A stretch of 64,000 nucleotides of DNA from a bacterium (GTDB lineage Bacteria; Verrucomicrobiota; Verrucomicrobiia; Limisphaerales; J093), in assembly GCA_021823625.1 (NCBI GenBank), contig JAKANS010000002.1, forward strand, positions 7,575 through 71,574. Reading direction: 5' to 3'. The notes below the pieces were generated by a model. The model did not search any database. It was not told the origin of the DNA and saw only the letters and a program-made list of their open reading frames with translations. Both the position numbers and the translations under genes were made by a program. Below are positions 1 through 9,100 of the stretch, in pieces (positions within the stretch are counted from its first letter, which is position 1; each line of letters starts with the position of its first letter).

Positions 1-574
1 CCAGCCCGCCGCCGGCGCGGTCGAATTCGGCGCGCTGGTGCAGGCGATGAGCGGCGAAGGCCTCGTGGGCGGCCTGGCGCGTTTGGGCGTGTCGGTGCTG
101 GCGTCCAGCACCCGACTCCAGGCCGCGACGAAGGTGGCGCTCATCGAGGTGCTCGGCCGCTTGCCGAACGACCTGACCCAAATCGCCGGCCTGCCCGCCG
201 GGATGCAGCGGTTGCTGCGCGTGCTGGTCGAAGAACGCAACGAGGCGGTGGTGCGCGACCTGCGGGCGGCGCTGGCCGAAAAGCCGGCCCCAAAGTCGGT
301 GGGCGTGTTTTACGGCGCGGGGCACATGGCGGACCTGGAGTTCCGCGTCTGCCAGGCGCTGGACTACGCGCCGATCGAGGACCGCTGGCTGACCGCTTTC
401 GACGTGAATCCGCGAGCGCTGGGGATTTCGGAATTCGAAGTCGAGCTGACCGCACGGATGGTTCGGCTGCAGATGCAAGGCTTGGAGCGGACGATGTCCG
501 AGCCCGACCCGACCGCGGCAACCAACCGTCCGCCCCCGCAGCCGGATCGGCCGGCCAAATCCGAGCCGCAATGA
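1..574 (+). CDS. C-terminal part of a TraB/GumN-like protein (5' end outside the window)
   Basis: The frame is open from the window edge to the stop at 572-574 (ORF track 38..574). The motif VGVFYGAGHMADLE resembles the GAGH motif of TraB/GumN family proteins, and the tail is Pro-rich. The family call rests on motif recall only. Confidence 0.4.
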   Translation, partial: QPAAGAVEFGALVQAMSGEGLVGGLARLGVSVLASSTRLQAATKVALIEVLGRLPNDLTQIAGLPAGMQRLLRVLVEERNEAVVRDLRAALAEKPAPKSVGVFYGAGHMADLEFRVCQALDYAPIEDRWLTAFDVNPRALGISEFEVELTARMVRLQMQGLERTMSEPDPTAATNRPPPQPDRPAKSEPQ

Positions 575-739
575 TGCGCCTTTGGGCCGCCGCCGCGCTG
601 GGACAACCGCCGCGCCCGCAGGCCGGCAGTCAAATCGGCTGGCGGCGGAAACGCCATTTCAGCAAGACAACCAAGGCCAACGGCCTTTTGCCTTGACCCT
701 CGCAAACCCGCATTTGATGCTCAACCGCGCGTCCGCACT

Positions 740-1834
740 ATGAACAGCAATACTCTCAAGGCTTTCCTTGCCGCCGCTTGCGCCGCCCTCACGCTGGGAT
801 TTCCCGACCTCGCAAGCGCCTCGGATGCTCCCGCTCCAACCGCCCCGACCCACAAGGAGTACCCGACCATCGGCAGCATCGAGCGCCTGGCACCGGAGCT
901 GGACCGCCTCATCGCGCCGGACGCGAAGATCCAGAAGCTGGCGGGCGGCTTTGCCTGGGCGGAAGGCCCGGTCTGGAATCGCAAGACCGGCACGCTGCTT
1001 TTTTCCGATGTGCCCCGCAACGTGGTGTTCGAATGGAAAGCAGGCGTCGGGACCCGGGATTACCTCTATCCGAGCGGCTATACGCAGGCGCACCGCCGCG
1101 AAGGCAACGACCGGGAGCAAGGCTCGAACGGCCTGACCTTCGATGCCGAAGGCCGGCTGGTGCTTTGCCAGCACGGTGACCGCCGGGTGGCACGGTTCGA
1201 GCCCGGCAAAGGCTTCGAGACCCTCGCCCAGTACTACCTGAACCGGCGGTTCAACAGCCCCAACGACCTGGTTTACGATGCCAAGGGCAATCTGTATTTC
1301 ACCGACCCGACCTACGGCCTGCCGCGCGATCCGGCGAACCCGGAAAAGCTCCTTGGCCAGGAACTGCTCCTTTCTGGGGTTTACCTGCTCCGGCCAAATG
1401 GCGAAGTGGTTTTGGTGGTGAAAGACCTCACCTTCCCCAACGGCGTGGCGCTCTCGCCTTTGGGCAAGCTCCTGTACGTGGCCGTGTCGGACCCGGAGAA
1501 TCCGCGGATCATGTCTTACCCGGTCAAGCCCGACGGCACGCTCGATGCCGGCACCGTTTTCTTCGACGCCAAGCCGCTGATGGCCCAAGGCAAGGGTCTG
1601 CCGGATGGCTTGAAAGTGGACAAGGCGGGCAATTTGTTCGCCACCGGTCCGGGTGGCGTGCTCGTGATTTCGCCTTTGGGAAAACTCCTTGGCCTCATCA
1701 ACCCCGGCGAAACGACGGCGAATTGCGCTTGGGGCGACGATGGCACCATCCTGTACATGACGGCAGACACCATCCTGTGCCGGATCAAGACGAAAACCCA
1801 AGGCACGGGCGACTGGCCCAAACTGAAGCCGTAG
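740..1834 (+). CDS. SMP-30/gluconolactonase/LRE-like beta-propeller hydrolase, secreted
   Basis: 364-aa ORF with an N-terminal signal-like segment (LKAFLAAACAALTLGFPDLASA). Typical SMP-30/gluconolactonase strings are present: AEGPVWNRKTGTLLFSDV, NGLTFDAEGRLVLCQHG, FNSPNDLVYDAKGNLYFTDP, FPNGVALSP. Confidence 0.8.
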   Translation: MNSNTLKAFLAAACAALTLGFPDLASASDAPAPTAPTHKEYPTIGSIERLAPELDRLIAPDAKIQKLAGGFAWAEGPVWNRKTGTLLFSDVPRNVVFEWKAGVGTRDYLYPSGYTQAHRREGNDREQGSNGLTFDAEGRLVLCQHGDRRVARFEPGKGFETLAQYYLNRRFNSPNDLVYDAKGNLYFTDPTYGLPRDPANPEKLLGQELLLSGVYLLRPNGEVVLVVKDLTFPNGVALSPLGKLLYVAVSDPENPRIMSYPVKPDGTLDAGTVFFDAKPLMAQGKGLPDGLKVDKAGNLFATGPGGVLVISPLGKLLGLINPGETTANCAWGDDGTILYMTADTILCRIKTKTQGTGDWPKLKP

Positions 1835-1859
1835 TCTCCGGCGACCAATTCGCTCCCCT

Positions 1860-2420
1860 GTGGCTGGTGCCGTGCTCAATCGCGTTCGCGCCTTGTTTCA
1901 CACTCCAGCCCCACCCGGCTTGGGCTCCGCCGTTCGACCGCACGTTCAATCGGCCGCCAGTCTGACGACTGCCTTCGACGATCTGGTTTGTGAGTTGGGG
2001 CTGCCGACACGGCAGGCCGACTTGATCCGGGCCGCGGCGCTCTTGTGGCACGATCATTTGGAGGCCGCGCACCGCGTTGTCCAAGGCATGGAGGACCCGG
2101 ATGGCAACTTCATCCACGCGATCATGCATCGACGCGAGCCTGACTACGCAAACGCGAAGTATTGGTTTCGCCGCGTGGGCGCGCATCCAGCCTTCGGCCC
2201 GCTGGCCGTGGCTGCGATCCAGTTTCTGGGCCAACAAACCGGGGACCCGCTCAAGAGGACGCTGCTGCCGAAAGGGAATTGGAACTGGGATCCGTTCGCG
2301 TTCGTGGACGAGTGCCAGGAATGTGCCCGCCTTCCGGCAGGCAACCTCCGCCTTGCCACGGCTGTCGAACTCCAGCGGCTGGAGTTCGAGACCCTGTTGG
2401 CGCATCTCTGCGCCCGGTAA
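1860..2420 (+). CDS. hypothetical protein (conserved-looking, function unknown)
   Basis: 186-aa ORF with a GTG start at 1860 and protein-like composition (LWHDHLEAAHRVVQ, FIHAIMHRREPDYANAKYWFRRVG). No family recognised. The start codon is uncertain. Confidence 0.55.
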   Translation: MAGAVLNRVRALFHTPAPPGLGSAVRPHVQSAASLTTAFDDLVCELGLPTRQADLIRAAALLWHDHLEAAHRVVQGMEDPDGNFIHAIMHRREPDYANAKYWFRRVGAHPAFGPLAVAAIQFLGQQTGDPLKRTLLPKGNWNWDPFAFVDECQECARLPAGNLRLATAVELQRLEFETLLAHLCAR

Positions 2421-3049
2421 AGCCACCAAGGGAGCCACGGTCAAATCGGCTATCTGCAAGGCGCGGTCACGGGAAACCGCGCTCACCGGCCTGAGCGGAA
2501 ACGAAACCTTCTCTGAAAATCGGTAACCGGCAGCTTCAAAGCGTATGCTCACACCGCCCTTCTCAGGGGAAGCTGAGTACTGGCGTGGCAACCCTCCCCC
2601 CTCGATTGCACAGGTTGACGTTGTTAGTTTTCCTTCGAGAGCGTTTGGCTGCCAGTGCCTGACGCTGCCGGCACCGATTACCGCCGTACTCCGCGCTTCC
2701 AGTCACTTTGTCAATTCTCGTTCGTATCCTTCAGATGGTCAGGAAATTGGACATGAAAAAGTGCCGCTACGAACGCCCCGAACAGGGGCTCTCCGTCAAC
2801 TCTCTGTAGCGATCTTCTGGCTCGCACGCAGGCAGGACACGAGCCTCGTGAGGATAAGTCCTGACTTGTGCTTAAGGTTCAGAAGGCGCGGGGATGCAAC
2901 TGCCTCGCCAGGCAGTATGCCCGGAGTTTGATCGCATCTCACCGTCTTCACCGGAAGTTGAGAGGTGGCAGCAGCGGTCTGATCCAAAGTGGGTTTCCGA
3001 TCTCGTGCGCTATCACGAGTCGAAGTGCGAGGCTGGCTGCTCCCAAGCA

Positions 3050-3084
3050 ACAAAAAGCCCCGGCGGCACCAATGGGCCGCCGGA
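3050..3084 (-). terminator. intrinsic terminator downstream of the 2859-aa gene
   Basis: 8-bp GC stem (3060-3067 ccggcggc paired with 3076-3083 gccgccgg) with an 8-nt loop. On the minus strand a T-run follows (plus-strand aaaaa at 3052-3056). It lies about 25 nt after the stop codon at 3107-3109. Confidence 0.7.
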
Positions 3085-3106
3085 GTCGTTCACGGAGATT
3101 GCCCAC

Positions 3107-6100
3107 TCAAGGCGAGGTCACCGCCCGGTAGAACTTGGTGGGAGTGCCGGCATCGAGCGGTACGGTGAACACCATCGTGCCACCGGTGTTGAGTTGCGAG
3201 GCAACCGGCGACCAAGTCACCAGGTCCGCGCTATCCTGCAAGGTGTAGGTCAAGCCGGTCTTGCCGGTGACCCAGATTTGCAGCCCGTCCGGAACACTGA
3301 CCAAGGTCAGATGCGCCGCCGGGTCGGTCGGATCGGGCACGTCAGCCGGCACGTAGATGTTGTCGATGAACATCGCGTCCAGGCCCGCGGAGAAGTTGTT
3401 GTCCTTCACGTAGCGCCAGGTCAGCGTGTGCGTGCCCGCGCCGAGGCTGAACAGGTAGGTGCGCCAGGCCACCTCGCCGCTCCAGCGCTCGATGCGCAGG
3501 CCGTCCACGTAAAACTCGGCGAAGTCCCAATTGGCCTCCGAACTGACCCGGACGTCGAACGCCGCGGAGCCGCCGCGCGAATTGACCTGGAGTTGCAGGC
3601 TGGTGTCCTGGCCATCGCCAATGCTGCCCGAGCGCACCGCGAACTTGCCGGCGCTGGCCACGGACGACTGCAACTGCCACGGCCGGCTGGAATTGTTGAC
3701 CCAAGGCGGGGCTTGGAGGTTCGCCGCGGTGAACGGCGGCTCGAAGGTGTAAGTGTAAGCCGTCGGAGCGAACTGCGCGGTGAGCACGTAGTCCTTGTCC
3801 ATCACCAAGACCAACGGATTCGCGGTGGAATTGACCGTGCCCTGCCAGCCCGTGAAGGCGAATCCCCGTTCGGGCAAGGCCGTGACCGTCTGGGTGGAAC
3901 CCACCGGGTACGAACCGGACGATGGGGTGACCGTGCCGCCCACCGGCGGCGTGATGTTGAGCGCGTAACTGTCCACGCGGTCGTCGTCCACGATGCTGAG
4001 CGTGGCGGTGTTCTGGAGCCCGAGAACGGCGCCACCTTGCGGATTCGTCAGGGAGAGCAGAACCGTGCGGTCCGACTGCGCAACGGCGTTGTCGATGATC
4101 GTCACCGGGAAGGTCAGCTCGCGCTCGCCGGGGTTGAACGTGAGCGTGCCGGTGGCGGACTCGTAATCCACGCCTGCGACACCGGTGCCGTCGGCGGTTG
4201 CGTAATCCACACTCACGAGCGTGTTGGTGGGGCCGGTGCGTCGGACGAGGATGTCGGCCTGGCCGCGGTTTTCGGGCACCGAATCGGTGGCGGAGCCGAA
4301 GGCCACCGCGCTTTGGCTGTCCTCGATGGTCAGCACCGCGCTGAGGCGCGCGGTCAACGAGTAACCGGGCGGCAGGTTGGTGAGTACCACGTTCACCGTC
4401 AGGTCGCCCCGCCCCTGATTATCGTTGAGGACCGGGATATCGAACGTCTTTTCCGTCTCGCCGGCCGCGAAGTTCAACGTGCCGTTGGTGGCGACATAAT
4501 TGACGCCCGCCGTCGCCGTGCCATCCGCGGTCATGAAACGCACCGTCGCCGGTAGCGTGAGATCGCCGGCGCGGGTCACCGCGAGGGTGGCCTGCCCGTC
4601 GAGTTCCGAAGCGCGGTACGCGGCGGAACTGAGCTGGAGGATGTTCAGGCGGAACTTCTCATCGCCGTGGATGCGGGCAATGCGGTTGCGCGGGAGCTTG
4701 TTCACCATCGTGAAATCGCCGCCGATGACCACCGCGCTGTCCGGTTGGACCAGCAGGGTGTACACGGTGTCGTTGGCGCCCGAGCCGATGTCAAACGTGC
4801 TGTCGAGCGTGCCATCCGGGTTGAGCCGGGCGAGGCGGTTGAGGTCCTGGCCATCGTACTGGGTGAAGGCACCGCCCAGCATCACCTTGCCATCGGCGGT
4901 CAGGCCCGCCGCGTAAACCGTCGCATTCGCGCCCGTTCCCGGATCGAAACCAGCATCGAGCGAACCGTCCGCGTTGAGCCGGGCCACGCCGTGCCGCGGG
5001 GCGCCGCCGGCCAGTTGCAGCGCGCCTGCGATGACCACGCGGCCGTCCGGTTGGAGGGCAATGGCATTGACGGTGTTGTCCAACGTCGGGCTGAAGCCGG
5101 CATCCAGCGTCCCATCGGCGTTGAGCCGCGCGAGGAATGGCCGGCTGGCGTTGCCGACGTTCCGGAATGCGCCGCCAACCAGAATCTTGCCGTCGCTCTG
5201 AACCGCCAGCGCATTCACGGCGCCATCGAAGGCGGGTGCAAAGGTCGGATCGACCGCGCCGGTGGACTGGAGTCGCGCCAGGCGCTGGTGGCGTTGTCCC
5301 TGCACGTTGTTGAAGTCGCCGCCCAGCAGGATCGTGCCGCCGGATTCGACCGCCACCGCCCGCACGGCCGCGTCGGCACCGGCGCCGACCTTGAAGTCCG
5401 GATCGACGCTGGCGTCCGCGTTCAGGCGGGCGATGCGGTTCAGCGTGTTGGTGCTGAACTTCGTGAATTGGCCACCCACGACGATGCGGCCGTCGGGTTG
5501 CAGCGCCACCGCGAGCACGTCGGCATCGAAGCCGCCGCCCGGGTTGAGGAACGTGTCGAGGTAGCCGTCGTCGTGGAGCCGGGCGATGTGGTTGAGCGAA
5601 ACCTCGTCCACGGCGGTGAACTTGCCGCCGAGCAGCACCTTGGCGTCGGCCTGGAACGCGACCGTCAGGACGGTGTCGTTCGCGCCGGTGCCGGGGTTGA
5701 ATTCGAAGTCCACACTCCCCGGCTTCTCGTTGTCGATGATGGTGACCGCTGCCGTGGTGTTGGTGCCGAGAGTGGCGGTGAGCGGCAAGCCCACGCCGCC
5801 CGCGGTGCGCGCATTCGTGAGGGCCACGGAGAACACCTGGTCGCCGTCGCCGATCGTGTTATCGAGAATGCGGATGTTGAACGACTGGTTCGTTTCACCC
5901 GGTTGCAGAACCAGCACGCCGGTCCCGTCTTGGGACCGGACAATCTGGTCGCCCGCGAAAGCCAGCGTGCCGCGGGCACCGATGTATTTCTTGCCGGAGG
6001 TGGCGGTGCCATCGACGGTGGCGAAATCCACCTGCACCGGCTGCACGGGGCTGCCGTCGCGCTGGACGGTCAGCGTGAGAATGCGCGCGTACTCGTCCAC

Positions 6101-9100
6101 CTGGTACGTACTCGCGGCGAACTGGAGCGAGCATTCGTCGTCGAGCACGAGCACCTGGCCATTGGTATTGGTGCCGTAAGTGGCGCTGGCATCCAGGTTG
6201 GTGAGCATCAGCGGCAGGGTCTTGTCGCCGTCAAACAACTCGTCGTCCAACAGCTTGACCTGGGCCACGGCCGTGGTCTGGCCCGGCGCGAAGATCACCG
6301 TGTAATTCGTCGCCGTGAAGTCGAGGCCGTCGATGGCCGTTCCGTTGGTGGTGGCGAGCACGTCCACCTGGAGCTGGTTCGTGACGATACCGTAGCGGCT
6401 GAGCGTGACCGGCGCGGTGGCGTCGCTTTCCAGGGCGCGCACAGTCGGCGCGAGCAACTCGACCACCGTGTCGTCGTCCAGGATGGTGAGTGTCGCGGTG
6501 GCCTGGCCGCCCAGCGGCACACCATCGCTCAAGTTGCGGAGCGTCAACAGCACAGTGCGGTCGGGCTGCACGATCCGATTGTCGTTCAGGCTGACGGAGA
6601 ACGTCTGCAACGTCTCGCCGGGCGCGAACGTCACCACGCCGTTGGTGGGAATGAAGTCGTTGGTGGTGGCGGTCCCGGCCACCGCTTGGAAGGCCACGCT
6701 CGCCGTGCCGTTGGTGTCGCTGGTCCGGCGGACGGTGATCTGGGCCTGACCGGCGCTTTCGTACACGGCGTAAATCAGCGATGAGAATTCGACGGCGCCG
6801 TCGTTGTCGATGAGGGTCACCGTGCCTTGCGCGTTGGTGCTGAGGAGGGCTCCTGGCGCGCCTATGAGGCTGAGCTGGACCGATTCCATGAACTCCTGGA
6901 TCGGATCGTCGATCGGGATCACCGGCACGGCCAGTGTGGCCTCGCCTTTGGGAATCACCAGTGTGTCGGGAATGGTCTCGTAGTCGCTGCCGTTGGCTGC
7001 GGTGCCGCTCACGGCCAGCTTGACGACCTGGTCCCGGTTGGTGGCGCCCACGCGACGGATCGTGAACAGACCTTGCTTGCGTCCTTGTTCCATCGCGATC
7101 GGGTCGGTGGTTTCCAGGCTCACGACGCTCGAATCGTTGTCCACGATCGTCAGCGTGTGCGACGGGTACACGTCGAACATTGCGTTCATCGGAACGGGCG
7201 TCACCGTCGTGTTGGTGACCAGGACGTTCGTCGTGCCGATCGTTTCGCCAGCGTCGTTGGTGAGCGTGATTTCGTTCGTGGTGACGATGTTACTGATCAG
7301 CGGAGCAGGTTCGACCAGCGTGAGCAACACCGTGCGGTCCGGCCGCGCGTTGGTGTCGTCGATCATCGGGAAGGCGAGGAGCTGGACGCGGTTGCTCACC
7401 GCCGGGTCGGGCACGTTGGTGAAGACCAGCCGGCCGGACGTGTTGGTGGCCGGGTAGTCGGTCCCCGGCACTGCCGTGCCACCGGTGACCTTCCAGTCCA
7501 CAGTGACATCCGTGTCTTGGGCGGGATTGGCGCTGACGGCGACCGCGACGAGGGCGGTCTTGACGCCCTCCGAGAAAGTGGAGTTCTGGAAAGTAAAGCC
7601 CACGCCCGGCAACGCCCCGCTGTCGTCGTCGGCGATCGTCACCGTGTCCTGCATGGGCGAGCCCACGTTGTAGTTGGTGCTCGGCAGGACTTCGCAGATC
7701 ACGGTCTCGTCGTCCTCGCGAACCTTGTCGTTCACCGGCGACACCCGGATCACGACGGACGTAGCACCGGCGGGGATGACACCGGCCGTGGTGATCGGCG
7801 CGTAATCCGCCACGGGCCGCGCCGTGCCCCCCACGGCGAGTTCCACCGTGAGTGCCTGGCGCGTATCGCCGACGCGGCTGAGCGTGAATTCGCCGACCGT
7901 GCTGGGCTCGGCAGCGTTCGCCGGGGTGGCACGCAAGGTCACCGTCGGCACCGCGCCATCCTGGATAAACACGGTGGCCACGCTCGGAGATCCCACGTTG
8001 TAGGTCGGGCTATCGGAAAGGATGATATCGACGCCATTGCCGCCGTCCCGAGCGCGGTTGTCCCGCGGTTGGATTACCAACGTGACGGACGGCTGGCCGG
8101 CCGGGATCGTGATCGTGCCCGACAAGGCCCGGTAGTCCTGGCCGTTGATCGCCGAGCCGCCGACCAGGTAATTGACGGTCAAGCTGCGGCTCAAATCGCC
8201 CGTGCGAGTAAACACCACCGATCCCGGGTCATTCCCGGTCTCGGAGGCGACCGAATCTTGGGCCAGGACCGTCAGCGTCGGCAGCACGTTGTCGCCGATG
8301 GTCAAGGTCGCCTTGGCGGTGCCCAGCGTGTACGTGGGATCGGCCAGCACCGAGACGGTGACGCTCTCATTGCCTTCCAAGTACAAGTCAGGCCGCACGT
8401 AAAGCGGCAACGGCACGGCGGTCACGCCAGCCGGGATCACCACGATGGACGGCAGCGGGGCATAGTCCGCGTCGTACGTGGCCGTTCCGCTGTAAGCCAG
8501 GCGGACGGTTACGGGCACGTCGGTTTTGCCGGACCGCAGCAGCATGAAGAGCGCGGAATCGCCGCCGTTCTCGCTCACGGCCTTGCTGATGGCCAGGATG
8601 GAAATGGTCGGTTGCGTCGGCGGGGTGATCTTGAAATTCATCTGCGCCTGGCCGGGCGTGCCCACCACGTAGTCGCCATAGGTCTGGAACCAGGTGTCGT
8701 TGCCGGTGGGCGCGAGCACCTCCCAGCCGGTCAGCCGCGTGTAGTTGGTGGCCAGGCCGTTGGTGGTGCCGCCGTTGCCGTCGTCCACGTTGGTCATGAA
8801 CACGGTTTCTCGCTGCAAGGCGTACATCACGGACGCAGAGAGATAATGCAGGTCGGTCTTGGGCGCGTTCGTGGACGGCGTGATGGTGATGTTGGTTTGG
8901 AACACGCCCGTCTGAAAATCCACGAAGCTGAAAGGAATCTTGAGCGTCACGGGCCCGAGCAAGGTGGTCAACGGGTTCGTGTGAACCGTCTGGTTCGTGT
9001 ACGCTTGGTAGTCGTTGGTGCTGACGGTGCCGCCGAGCGTGAACACGGCTCTGAGTTGCGTGTTCGTGTCGCCCGTCCGCATGAACGTGAAGATGCCCGG

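Noticed and set aside
671-690. Small hairpin aaggcc-aac-ggcctt followed by ttg after the TraB-like gene, as a possible terminator.
   Set aside because: The stem is only 6 bp with a 3-nt loop and there is no real T-run. This is too weak to report as a feature.
2838-2860. The string gaggataagtcc resembles the RNase P RNA P4 strand (GAGGAAAGUCC).
   Set aside because: It has one extra nucleotide. The complementary P4 strand (ACAGAA.CCGGCUUA) and other universal RNase P motifs are not found nearby on either strand.
2945-2985. The string caccggaagttgagaggtggcagcagcgg vaguely recalls the SRP RNA domain IV (CCGGAAGGAAGCAGC).
   Set aside because: The GGAA tetraloop is not closed by the required base pairs, and the symmetric-loop motifs are absent.
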